From Phoronis australis (taxonomy: Eukaryota; Animalia; Phoronida): a stretch of DNA of 64,000 nt. Position numbers and translations under genes: made by a program. This document shows positions 24,401-36,290 of the stretch, in pieces. The DNA is taken from contig NMRA01000784.1 of NCBI GenBank assembly GCA_002633005.1, positions 1-64,000 on the forward strand, in the 5' to 3' direction. How positions within the stretch are numbered: position 1 is the stretch's first letter; each line of letters starts with the position of its first letter. The notes under the pieces are model-generated. The model did not search any database. It saw only the letters and a program-made list of their open reading frames with translations, and was not told where the DNA came from.

Positions 24401-27400
24401 CGCCAACGCAAAAGCGCATAAATTGACCTGACATTAGGAGAGCACTCCGAAACAGCTGGAACCGCCAGAAATCCGTGTTGTCTTTTACAGTACATGTTTG
24501 TGTACATGTCAATGTGACTGTAAAAGAGTTAGTGTTTGTGAAAAATGAAGAGCAGTCTACGAGGAAGAATTGGGTAAAGGATGAAAGAAAGCTGATGGGC
24601 GGAAAGACCACAGGCCTCGAGAAAAGATGTAGAGGTCTGACCTGAATACATGTATGAGAGTTACTTCTAAAGTAACGTGGTGATAGTATACCTCTGTGAT
24701 AGCCATGTCATGAGTCACTAATTGATACTGGACCATTACCCAAGATTGGTGACAATACTTGTTCTCTTTTACTCTGCTCCTACTCTCATGTCACCTGGCG
24801 CGAGCAGTGTAAAAATGGTCAGTCACCAATTTGGGCAAACGAAGGACTTTTCGAAAAAATGTTTAATTGAGGGAGCAATTCACTCAAGCCGGGAGGAGTC
24901 AATGACGCCAACGATCTCTTAAGGTGTCCTTCTATGCGTACACGGTACAGTGCATATACCAACATAACTTTGATGGTTTAATCAGTGTAAGGTGTTGCTC
25001 GTCAAAAACCTTCCGCTCCTATAGCTGCCCTGTGGGATGGCCACCGTCCGTACTGGGGTCAGTTGAGACGGTGATACTGCTTAGTAATACTGGTGCTTAG
25101 ATAGCATTCACCGAATTGAATACTACCGTGGTTTCGATTAGAGAAGCTCTTAGCATACTATAAACATGCATGCAGTGGACACAAACAAAATTGAAACAGT
25201 CTTTCCGAAACTGCATGCATTCGGTGTTGATTATCATAAGTTTAGTCCAACATGGACATAGTGAACATACCAGCAGCCTGAGGGACACCCATTCTTATTT
25301 CCTCGACAATCCATCTGTTTGCAGTTGAAAATCCTGCATCTACATCTATGGAGTTGGCTGAGTATACTTGCAGTGAGACTGTTAATTTACCGGAAGGTAG
25401 GCCTCTGCAGATACCGTCGACTAAAAGAGCAAAATAAGAGAGTCGTAAACATTTGCGACGCAGTGGCGGCAGGACCTGCGGCTGCATCAACCGATGTCTA
25501 GAATCTTACATATCTCATGCACAGATAACACGAATATGTGAACAACCTGAAGAGAAATCTAGTGTTGCGTCCCACATGTTGCGCCACGCAAAATTGGGAG
25601 TGTTTATAAAACTGTAACGATACAGTCCATTGAAGTTGCTTAATCTGAGAGAACACGTTAGGAGAACAAATATTCACGAATCATTGGAATTGCCATTGGG
25701 CCTGGAAAACTGGGGTTAACCAATAAATGTGCCCCATGTGCTGTTCCTACGTTCGCTTTACAACTGACACGGATTTATCTTTTCCACAAAGAGTGGTCAA
25801 GACCCCTCGAACTTACGCCCATTTGTGCCATCTAAAATTATTCCGTGCCTGTTTTCCAGAATTCCGTTGACGGGTCCAGGGTCCGTGCACGTGTTACCAT
25901 TAAAGTAGATAGTCCAACGAGTCAAGTCTGCATTCCTTAACACGAACGTACCAAGAAATACAACGTGGACAGCTGTGTCGTCTGCTCGCTTCTCAAACTC
26001 TTGAGACTGGATAACACATTGAATATCATAATTACATGTACAATACCGACTGTCAAAGAAGAAAAAATATTGTCACTGAGACATAAATCTCATGATAACA
26101 ACATTCTTTCACCCGTACAAGAAGAAGCTGAAGCTTGAAAAATTGTACAATGACGTCCTGAAGTTAAACAACTAATAGGGATAATGAATCCAAATTACAA
26201 CCAGCTTCGTCCAGAAAGTGGGAAATATGGGGTCGATCGAGTGGCCATCAATTCAACATAATGCAGTGAGAAACCTAGACTGTGACACAGGTGGTCATCT
26301 TATCTCTTTTCTCGTTAGTGCACTTGTAACTTCCATTTTGCATTTATGCTCTGAAGGTGAAAGAACCATTCCGAAGTATAGCGACTTCATTAATGCCTGT
26401 CTCGTGTTTGTCGCTCATAATGAACATCTGACACTGTACACAACTGATCTAAGATCGTTACTATGTACCTACATGTATGTACGTATTAGTGGACACTTGA
26501 AGAATGTGAACGATACAGCTGCAATGTAGCGTTGAATTAAACTAAAACGTGTATACATGTATAGTTTGCGAATTTCAACATGAGCACCAGAGCCTCTAGC
26601 CATCATAATCGTCACAAATTCCATCACATTTGCTATTACTAGGATTCCGGTTATCCCAATGATCGAGATGAAAACCAGAGTGTACATTAACCTTCATTGA
26701 CATTTTCAACTCATCACAGTCTAAGGGGTGTATGACGGAGAGATTGCTGAACCTTACGTGACGTCAACAACAACACTATTCTTAAACTTAACACTCTGTC
26801 GGAAAGACGCAAAGCATGTTTCCTAATTGGTTAAGGTTAAAGATTGTCCTACCCAAAGCGTTCCACTGGTGCCTGACTTCGTCCCTAACCACACTTTTTG
26901 TTGAACATTGAATCTTGACAGTAAAGGACATCTTCCTGCAAATAAATTGATAAGGTGGGAATTTTAAGCATGTTCACGAACAGAAAACTTGAACCGTTTT
27001 GTCTACTGTACTAAAGGGACTACGATGACTACAAATTGCTAGAAAATTATAACTGCAATTAATAACGTGAACAATATTTAGGCTTTGTTGATTGTTGAGG
27101 CTCTTTCTAAGTGTTCCCTGAGATGGTGAGGATGAGGAAGGAAACGTAGATGATGGAAGAAGAGAAAATTATAAAGAGCTTGATTGACATTGTGGAATTG
27201 AGATACATACATGTATGTATGAATAGCAAAAATATTTCAGTATTTTTAGAAAGTCTGTGGCTTTGTTGACCTCCATGAAGAGAAAATGACAATCTGAGAG
27301 ACATTTGCCAGAAATATCGACTCAGTTTTAATAGCAAAAATATTTCAGTATTTTTAGAAAGTCTGTGGCTTTGTTGACTTCCATGAAGAGAAAATGACAA

Positions 27401-30400
27401 TCTGAGAGACATTTGCCAGAAGTATCGACTCAGTTTTAACAACCATTTGTGTACTAGCTAAGAACGCTTTTTGCTCACTTGACAGTGGTTAGAGAAAGAG
27501 TGAAAAACCAATTGCAGAGCAATGAGAAGACACAAATTCCATTGTACAGGCAAATTATACTTTATTGACAACTTCGACGCCGAGTTTTTGTGTAGAAAAA
27601 TGCAGAGAAAAAACACAAGCCTTAGGCTGTGAGCTAAAATCCGACAGGGAACGAATTTCGTTTGCAAAAGAAAAGTTTTAAGGCAGGCAGAAATGAATGT
27701 AAGTACATTGCATACACTCTCCATGGAGCGAATGAGGGCTAACACTTCGTATTAACAGCGTCAATGCCTGGTTTATACATGTACTTGGTGTCTGGTGGAT
27801 GTTTCTGCTCGTAGTTAGGCCGACATATGTCCAGGCCATAAGTTCGAACACACTATTCGCCACGCACTCCGCTAATATAAATTGTTGTGTACTTTCAAAA
27901 AGCTCCGTTATCATTTGCGGGGTCCCTAAACAAATAAAGCTTTGTAAAAATTTTCTTTCGTCTTTATTTTCAAATCTTATGGTTACTTTATTGTATTAAG
28001 CTTGCTTGAACCTTTTAGGAATAGACTTACATGTTCATCCTCGTGTCCGTTTTCAAACGCCTGTACACAGTACATGCTGGTCTGGGNATCCCAGCCTGGG
28101 ATTTTTTATTAGGGGAACATCAAAGGGTACATACAAGTCCGGTGCTGGTAGTTAGCAAATGTTTTCTTTTTAATCTCGAATTCTCTCCGTGTTTCGCCGT
28201 GTCTTGGTAACAGAGTTACATATCTCCCGAGAGGATGGAATCACCCTACGGCTCTGGTACAGAAGTTGAAGCACATGCAATAGGTACCGAACTAAACATC
28301 ACTGTAATGGTATTTATCTCTCATTAATCAACAGTTTACCATCTGTCTTTCCCATGTCGTTCTCTTCGAGAGTAATCGACAGTCCAATCTGGTCCTTTAA
28401 TGGCCACCCAGTGCTGTGTTTTGGAGGAATCCCCTTTGTACACGGTTCCACGGCAAACTGCACTTTTGTTGTCCCCATTGGAATGTCGTCACAGATTCCA
28501 TCGACTGTCGCAGAGAATGTTCATGATTAGTGTTTCCAAATATTATTCCAAGAACCACATGAGTTAATGAAGATTTGATAAGTGACTTGACAGTCCGTTA
28601 GTAAAATGGGTTTGTTAAAAATCAATTAATGTCAAAATGAACGGATCGATATACACACATCGATGTTTGTTTTGTTACTTCGCCAGAGAAATTTGGCCAA
28701 GTATGTAGCTTAGTCCGTCTCTGTTTTGAAGGTCATATTTCTAACTGGTATTAAATCAGTAACCATCCACTAATTTCTTAATGCCTCGTGAGATTTAATG
28801 TTTGCCATTATGCTTTCGATCTTAAATGGTGGGTGCACCGACCTTCAAGACGTTTTTGCACCAAAATCATGTTTTGTCTCAGAGGTGGTAACATGCGTGA
28901 AATGAACATTAAATTTAATTGATTTTTATTGACATTTTCATAGTGAAATTCGGGTTCATTTTACTGACATTTTTTACAGTGAATAAATTAATTGTTGCGT
29001 TTCACTTGTTGCGTTTTATTGACATTTTTATAATAAATAAATTATTTGCTGCGTTAGGAATACAGTGTAAGTACACGATCCAGAAATACAACACTTACTT
29101 CTAGAAGAATGATGCCGATTCGTCGGAGCAAAATTCGCCCACCACATCTCTATTGAGCCCGGATACTGACACGGTTCCCCGTTGACGAGAAAGGACCAGC
29201 GAGTGCACACTGCCCCAAGAACGCCGCGAAATTGTACGCGCAGTGACGTTTGGTTTTGCTTCTTGTCGTACAATAAATTCTGAAAAATATCAGTCGGTTT
29301 CACAGTTTTGGGGTAAAGTGATACCCAATTTCCTGAAAAATTACACAATCACAGATGTTTATTTAAAACGGTCGCTAATTCTCGTTCCGGCAGTCAAAGA
29401 AACAAGCTTTGATTTAGACAATTTAACGCAATAAAATTGTTCTCAACTTTTGCCTGTACTTGATGACAAGTTTTTTATTTGTCTGCAAAAAGTTTTCTCG
29501 TATAAAACTACTGTGATGATAATTTTACACAAAATCTGCTAAACATTGATTTCTGGGAACTAGCCACGCCATATTGAAATTCACCATCCCGCCAGACGGC
29601 TATCAAGTCTCTACGACGCGTCACTTACAGATTCATTGTAATACGGAGGGTGGGTTCAAGTTGCTGGTATTTAACATTTTAATACCTTCCCTCCTAAATG
29701 TATTGTAATGCCGGTAAATTTCCACTGCTGAACGGTGGAGTGTACAAAGGGCTTACGGAAAAAGGCACCCATGTTAATTTCTTATTCTTTGCTTATTACT
29801 TAAATTTGTCTTTCATTTTGTAATTCTGTTTTTGTCTTACTATCTGTTTCTTTTATACTGAGGGCCCCATGGAAAGCAGTGTGAACTGATGGGGCTACCC
29901 TCATTGTAAATATTACATTAATAAAATAAATAATAACAAAATAAAAGGCAACCCTCTGAAAATATACGTGCAAACCTCAAAGACACCACAGCTATGGTGG
30001 TGACCTGTTTACTATTTCCTATCGATGTTGTTTCACTCATTTCACTTTATGAACGTAACCTGACTCATATGTCGCTGATTGTTTGTATCCTGATGATTTA
30101 TATTGAATATACTAAACGTCGAATTAATGTGAAATTTTTACTTGTGCCGCGATTGATTATTCTATTATGGATTTTTAATCAGTTAAGTTCCTACCAAGTC
30201 CGATGGTAGCGCTGTCTGTTCTTTCTCTCCAGCTTCCTGTTGGCCCAGCCTCAAGCAACAGTACGTTCACTCGTAAGTTTTCCTAATTAGACAATTGGCG
30301 GTGGACAGGATTGTTCATCCATGAACAACCCTGCCCATGTGGCACATACTGAGCCACAACACCACGTTCCTTACAATATCTCTTTTTATCACTCCGGCTG

Positions 30401-33400
30401 GTCTGCTCACTCAGCTTGTCCGGAACCTGCTTTGCAGGTTGTTGTAGCCCAGTTGGGTGTTTGGTGTACCACGTGGCACTTTATATGATGCAGTATTTAG
30501 CCACTTGGCAGTTTGTGCCCACTTGGTACTTGTTATTGAATTTGTTGTTTTGCTCGACCCAGTTGGTTGGCAATCGGCCAATACCCATTTGGTATTACAT
30601 TGTATGTACCCATTTGGTACTATGCTAAACTGTGCCACTTAGTATGCGATACTCAATTACACTTTGGGTATCGGAAATGTGTATGTTACCTCTTGTAATT
30701 AAGGAGCCCATCTGGTTCCTTCTATGAAATATTTATTTGTAGAAGTGTGAGCCTGAAATTCCCAATACAACTTAAAGTATATATTGTTCTTGTTGTTTTA
30801 TTTGTCCCCAATGATTAATCCTTAAAGATATGGTCAGTGGTTAAAAGGATCCGCCGTCACAATCTGGATTGAGCGTGGAGCCAGCCTCCCGTTCAGTAAC
30901 GTTAGAACCTCGCTGAAAAGCAAGACTTCGCTGGATTACGTGAGATGTTTCCGTGTACTTTAAATGAGAACACGTGACTGTGGCTAGATATTTGCTAGAT
31001 CCTAGCGCTGCTGAACGCTCGCCCGGTCTCAAGCGACAACGGACAGTCGGCTCGTTCGCAAACCCTTGAAATCACCTGCAAGTTGACTAAGGAACCGTGC
31101 GATTTGAGACCAATTTTATAACGGTGACTGGTCTGTATCAGAATTAGTGTATTTTACGATAGAGGGTAGGTTGATAACAGCTTCATATTGGTGCAAGCCA
31201 TTCAATGCTCGACAAATTGGAAAATTTTCCTGTTTTGTGTGACGTTCTCAATACACAATGGTGCGAGCTACAGGGAAGCTAAAGTTAAATGCCTCTCTGC
31301 TGCAATTTTGAAATAATGGTAATAATTAAATCATTTCTCACTTGAACATTGGACTGAAATGGAACTCTTACGATCACATTGTGACGTCATGCTTGCAGGT
31401 GGGGCACGAATCAAGTACTTATGTTCCACAAATATCGATTGGTTTTTAATTTGTACATTAAAGATAATTGTGTATATTCTCCAGTGACTCAATTTTGATT
31501 TTAGCTTTAAAATTTTCTGAAAGACGGGAAGACAATTTAAAGTTATTTTCATTAGAATTGTTTCAGAAAGAACAACAGGTCTGTACGTATTCCATTTAAA
31601 GCGGAAATCACTCTAAGTAGGGTACAAGTTTACTAATTTGCTGTTCCGTGTGACCATACATACAAATGTATAGATACTCTATAGTCTATGGTTTGACCAC
31701 GCTTGGCGCACGAAGAGACACAACTACTATCCTTGCAGAGCCAAATCACGAGGAATGATAACGAACTGCACGATATTTTGAAGCCTTGAAACTAGCCCNC
31801 CCCCCCCCCCCGTTTGACTAATGAGCAATTTTACAAATTTCAGACCAACTTCATGACCGTAGGAGATATAAATCAAAAGTTTTTTCTTTGATGAAAGGAG
31901 AACATATTTCGGCTCTCTAAGATTTCAAGAATGTACATGTAAAATCGGAACCTGCGTTAATATTGTACCTTATCGACTTGTTGGTGTAATTAGCGAGATA
32001 CCTACAAAACTGTAGAGTTTAACTAAGCAAAAGTATACGTTTTGTGAATGTAGAAAATCTTTAGAAATTTGATTTCCCTTTATACCAGTATTCTATGTCT
32101 TTTTAGTAAAATTTAGCAAAAACGGAAATCCACGAAAAGACAATGGTGTCAATAACGTGACAAAATTTCATTCGATAGATACATGTATGTTCAAGATAAT
32201 ATCTAAAAAATGCTGTTACAGTTTGATAAACTTTATATCGTTTACGTTTCATGAAACTTTTTTTCATAAAAGTCTTAAAAGTCCTATTTCTGATTGACCC
32301 TCGAGCAAAAGTATCAATGTTTTAATACAATTCCTATCAACGTTTTATACAACAGTGCATAAACCATGATATTTGAAAGTTTTGTAAAAATGCAATAAGT
32401 CATTTTTAGATGCATGTAGCAGGTTGCTAAAATTCCCAAATTTGGTCATTTTTGAGGCTTCTACATAATCTAAACAAATGATGTTACTTCGGCTAATGGG
32501 TACACAAAACTTCAGTTTAACGCATTTGCCTTTAAAGTGTTATTGTGGTATCCACAATTCTGGAAAACGTGAATCGTATTTTGGTTTAGCAATAACCACA
32601 TTTAAGTAATTGGTGGCTTTTATAGCTTATGCTTCTGAAATAATTTTCTTGCCAACGAAGTATTTTCGGTTTTACTAATCATATCATATACTTGTATGCA
32701 TGGAAGTAAACGTAACATATGTGTTGACACTAAGTGTCCAAAAACGAACCTTAAGAATTCCCTCATCCATGGTCGAATAGAAACCAGGGTAATAAAAGTG
32801 CTGGACGTTGGTGGCGCCAGTGTCTGTACACTTCTCTGAAAGCAATGGTAATAAAAACATAGTGTTGTACTTACATGATAAGGGTTTGAGATGGTCATGA
32901 AAGCACTTAGTACATACCGTGCAAGGGACAGGAGGCTTCAAATTCACAGCCTCGTGTCCCTAGAATTTTCTTTTAAGCTCTCTTTGATCTTCAAGCAATC
33001 TTTATGAGCTTTTTCGTCGTTGCTCCAAATTCTAAATCTTTATATGAAAGAAATAACAGGAAGGAACAGGGTGCAAAATCGACAACAAGTTAGAAAGCAA
33101 CAAGGCGTTAAGCTTCATAAACACACAGGCCAAGTATTAGGAATGTTTGAATACGAAAAAGTTTGGTTTTGTTTCTTTTGCGTGAAATAAGGCAATGTTG
33201 TGAATGACTGAGTTTGCGATTTTTAATACTTTCAAACAAAACGTCTTACCAATGACGGTGCAGTCCGAAGTGTAGAAATCCCAGTCCGGGTCATCGACCA
33301 AATTTGCCGAGTCGACGCACGGAAAAAGTCGACATATATTATTAGCCCTGTTGACATTGAAAGAGAAGCAACCGTCGTCTCGGAGACACGCGTCTCCACA

Positions 33401-33547
33401 AACCATCCGAGAAGCAGCTATGACATTTTTGGCAGTTTCATCGATCACCCGCTTTGACTTACCAAGATTGTATGCTTGGTGTCTGTCAAAGGAATATACT
33501 TCGAAAACACAAGCTGCAAGGAGACTTATGCTTAAAAAGCTGTACAT
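21317..33547 (-). CDS. Gene B (complete): secreted protein, signal peptide + PAN/apple-like + 3x CTHRC1-C-terminal-like domains, 533 aa
   Basis: Ten GT-AG exons: 33547-33250, 32835-32750, 29279-29099, 28504-28340, 26935-26853, 26006-25817, 25420-25271, 24063-23969, 23161-22954, 21462-21317. Sum is 1602 nt (534 codons including TAA), with no internal stop. TATA-like box upstream and AATAAA just downstream. Confidence 0.92.
21890..22665 (+). mobile_element. 3' end of RTEX-like LINE (C-terminal CCHC region + short-repeat tail)
   Basis: YWTKLL..RYPLKCYSML..NWAHRVKEI..LAQFRCSGHSLNIEKGRH..RICFIC..EPHFMFRCP..DLR across frameshifts; ends in an (ATTG)n-like tail. Sits in the last intron of gene B. 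Confidence 0.75.
22954..23161 (-). CDS. Gene B exon 9
   Basis: NATFNKQSSTSYLRVYYQGNLRQSGNDTCSTWGFLLNGQRCQDPGPIAGGIYTRALQKETLDDQNHMMI|gtgagt; the most canonical CTHRC1-like core of the three. Confidence 0.9.
23969..24063 (-). CDS. Gene B exon 8
   Basis: DLPNGDRICNYYNLQQWYWDEADPTDVGSLSF|gtaaga, phase 1 to 0. Confidence 0.85.
25271..25420 (-). CDS. Gene B exon 7
   Basis: LDGICRGLPSGKLTVSLQVYSANSIDVDAGFSTANRWIVEEIRMGVPQAA|gtatgt, phase 1 to 1. Confidence 0.9.
25817..26006 (-). CDS. Gene B exon 6
   Basis: SQEFEKRADDTAVHVVFLGTFVLRNADLTRWTIYFNGNTCTDPGPVNGILENRHGIILDGTNG|gtaagt, phase 0 to 1. Confidence 0.9.
26853..26935 (-). CDS. Gene B exon 5
   Basis: GRCPLLSRFNVQQKVWLGTKSGTSGTLW|gtagga, phase 1 to 0. 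Confidence 0.85.
27222..27439. repeat. 108-bp tandem duplication (2 copies)
   Basis: aatagcaaaaatatttcag.. starts at 27222 and 27330; near-identical. Confidence 0.9.
28340..28504 (-). CDS. Gene B exon 4
   Basis: IDGICDDIPMGTTKVQFAVEPCTKGIPPKHSTGWPLKDQIGLSITLEENDMGKTD|gtaaac, phase 1 to 1. Confidence 0.9.
29099..29279 (-). CDS. Gene B exon 3
   Basis: NLLYDKKQNQTSLRVQFRGVLGAVCTRWSFLVNGEPCQYPGSIEMWWANFAPTNRHHSSR|gtaagt, phase 0 to 1. Confidence 0.9.
29610..29945 (+). mobile_element. 3' end of CR1/L2-group LINE
   Basis: Terminal stem-loop gggccccatgga..tgatggggctaccc followed by an AATAAA/AAT-rich tail. Confidence 0.5.
30882..31026. mobile_element. Palindromic MITE, copy 2
   Basis: High similarity to 19274-19430. 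Confidence 0.75.
32750..32835 (-). CDS. Gene B exon 2
   Basis: EKCTDTGATNVQHFYYPGFYSTMDEGILK|gttcgt, phase 1 to 0. Confidence 0.85.
33250..33547 (-). CDS. Gene B exon 1: signal peptide + PAN/apple-like domain
   Basis: MYSFLSISLLAACVFEVYS..SRMVCGDACLRDDGCFSFNVNRANNICRL..; same 298-nt length as gene A exon 1 and about 70% aa identity by hand count. Donor G|GTAAGA. Confidence 0.9.
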
Positions 33548-33617
33548 TTATGTTTCTTAGAGCGGGTCAGTAGGCAGCGTTTCATAGAAGTGAGTCCAGT
33601 CACCTGTTTGGTTTCCC

Positions 33618-33922
33618 TTTAAATAGAGAGCGTAATTGGCATTGATTTTTGGAAGACACGAGAGGTTGGCAGCTAAGTATTTTCTAAAATTATTACTTAA
33701 ATGTCATATTGAGAGGGTCCTATCACTCATATAGTGACACGGGGTAATAGTTACTTAATTCAAACATTAGAAACTCAATCACTCGAAATAAAAAAACTTC
33801 TTGTTCCAATCTTGTTCAATTTCTAAAAAGTAAAGCGTGAGCACATTTAATAGAAAATCAGTGCAAAAACAAACCGTAAAACAAACGTTGTGATGGTAAC
33901 GCAGACCCCCTAGTAACTGAAT
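33618..33922 (-). promoter_or_regulatory. Gene B TATA-like box and proximal promoter
   Basis: TATTTAAA (minus strand) at 33618-33625 in the position homologous to the gene A TATA. Shared blocks include gcattgatttttggaa, taaagcgtga, gtgcaaaaacaaac and gcagacccc..tagtaactgaa. Confidence 0.6.
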
Positions 33923-35487
33923 ATATGTAAAGTAACACATGTGCAAATTTGTGATTTATGGATCTTTGCTGTAAATGTGTTCTTTTACACCATCCCGTGT
34001 AATCACGAGTTTTCTACCGCCCCTTTCCCTCCGCTTTTCTTTCGTCATCATTATGTTCATGTCAATCGTCACACACACATACTGTATTCTCTCGACGCCG
34101 CTAGTCACCATTCTCTGCCTTCAATTGTCCGCTATCCATGTAGCTAGTTCACTCAAAGTCTTCAAGCTTGTCTTTACACAACGAAAATTCCCAGTTTCCT
34201 CTCAAGATTTTTGGAATTATTTCCCTGATCTTTCATGTCTCAAATGTAATAATGCAAATTTAGAGTTATGAATTTCATTGGAGATTTTTGGTTCGTTCTC
34301 GTGATTTTAAAAAATGGCCCTCGTGTTGTTCGAAACTTGGAATAATTTGAATTTTAAGAGCAATTCTTGTGCATGATTTGCATGCCTCCAGAATGACGTC
34401 ACGAAATCACCATCACACCGAATTGTACGTTTCTAGGTAACCATGATTTCCTCTATTTTAGGGATGACGTCACGATATAAATATTAGGGTTAAAGTCGGA
34501 CATTTGTTTTTACATAACGATTTTCACTCACATGGCGATAAGCATTTTAGGGTTTTGGATGTCAATTCAAGTAGCAATTTTTGAGCGGATCATTCATGTT
34601 GCGAAGAGATGATTTCGGTACGAAATGATGGTCTTATAGGACCTGCAATCAGCGTTATATTTGACACTAATGGATTTCACTCGTATGAACGTTATGAAAC
34701 TTAATAACAACTTCCGTAAGTGTGGCGGAGAGGTGATTACCCGCTTATCAAACATGCGTTTTGCTGTGATGAAGTTCACTCGAATGATGATATTAATATT
34801 AGTGTCATGGAATTGAAATAGTAATTTCAAAATGGACTACCTCACGGACATACAAGAGATGTACTGTACGTCTCATTTATTGTTGGTCTTAGAACTTGCA
34901 GTGAGTAACCTTCTCTGACTGGAAAGAACACCAATTTGGGGTGTTTGACCATCTACATACTGGCCAAGGCATCGGGAATGTTAGAGACGATCTTATGTCT
35001 CGGCTATAATTTTGTTTATTTGCAAATTTTTTTGTTTATTACCTAGCTACTTCTGCATACTGGAGGCACGGAATTTCTCAATTCTGACTTATTTATCCTG
35101 CTCCATGTAGTTTACTCAAATGGCGGCCACATTTGTATGAACGGTTTAATTTGCAAGATTGGGAATTCCAATAACACTTTTCGCATTGTTCCTGTATATT
35201 TATTTTCTTTTATCCCAGCTCTAAACTGCTGTGGCGCCTTGCGTTTTGACGTGATCTCAGTTACAAGACCGTTTTACGGCCGAAGATGTAGGCTTGTACG
35301 ACTGTACCTGTCATGGTGTGAAGCATCACGTGTTTTTGAATAGTATCAGTTATTATTTCATTTAATTTTGTTTTGTTTGTTTGTTGCTGTTATTGTCGTC
35401 GTTGTTGTTGTTGTTTTTTCTGACTTTCAACTGATATATAATTTCATCAAAGGCGAGCCGTTTCTTTTCGTACCATCTGAACTACTG

Positions 35488-35629
35488 CATGGGCGGCGCA
35501 GCACTGAAAAATGGGGGGCTAAAGCCCCCTCAGCACCCCTGTGGTCACCACCTCTGGACTATGTGCGGCGTAGCACTGAAAAAAGTGGAGGGCTATAGCC
35601 CACCAGCCCCCTATGGTGCGCCGCCCATG
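35488..35629. mobile_element. MITE with 13-bp TIR and 5-bp TSD
   Basis: CATGGGCGGCGCA...TGCGCCGCCCATG, TSD TACTG on both sides. Confidence 0.85.
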
Positions 35630-36148
35630 TACTGGGGTTTCTGTTTAATATCGAAATATGGCGTCCTGTAAGCGACAAGATACTTACATCAACCAAACGC
35701 ACGTTTAACGCATCTTTAAAAAGTTTATGTACCAACGCCTTTCAAGTTCGCGAAAGGTATGCGTTGAACAAAAGCGAAACATGCTATCTGTTACTCCCAA
35801 TAACTACAACGCAAATTCTGACCTTCTTTGAATCACCTCTTCAAATTATGAAAGATGACCCACGGTCATTTGTGAAAAGCAATTTTAAGGTACAACCGGT
35901 GAATCTACAATACCTTTTCATACATGGGCGAAATTTTTGGAAAAAGGGCAATTCACTGAGATGTTCGCAGCAGTACACGGCAAAAGGTGGCGTTTTGGCA
36001 AGACGCGGTGCAAAATCTTGAGACTTTCAGTTATAAAAAGAGAGCTTTGATCTTGTTGTTAACACAAAATCTGCGCCGGAATGGTGACTGCCTTTTCGTG
36101 TGATACGAGGTTGCACATCTTGCCTTTCAATAAACATGCGCGCACTGT

Positions 36149-36290
36149 AATGTCACGGTTTCATTGACTAATGAAGCCATGCACTCTTATCAGTCCATGG
36201 AAAGTCATGGTTTCATCAAGTAATGAAAATTGGCACTATTCCGAGTCCATGTAATGTCGTGGTTTCACCAGCCTATGAAACCACGCACTT
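36149..36290. repeat. Diverged tandem repeat of about 52 bp, 3 units
   Basis: gtc..ggtttca.......atgaa...gcact recurs three times. Confidence 0.65.

Noticed and set aside
24387-24611. ORF in a block conserved with 860-1040
   Set aside because: The frame is not conserved between paralogues (non-triplet indel and stops in gene A), so it is treated as conserved intron.
21317-33547. Calling genes A and B CTHRC1 orthologues
   Set aside because: No collagen Gly-X-Y segment, three divergent domains and an added PAN-like domain; homology is at domain level only, so no gene symbol was assigned.
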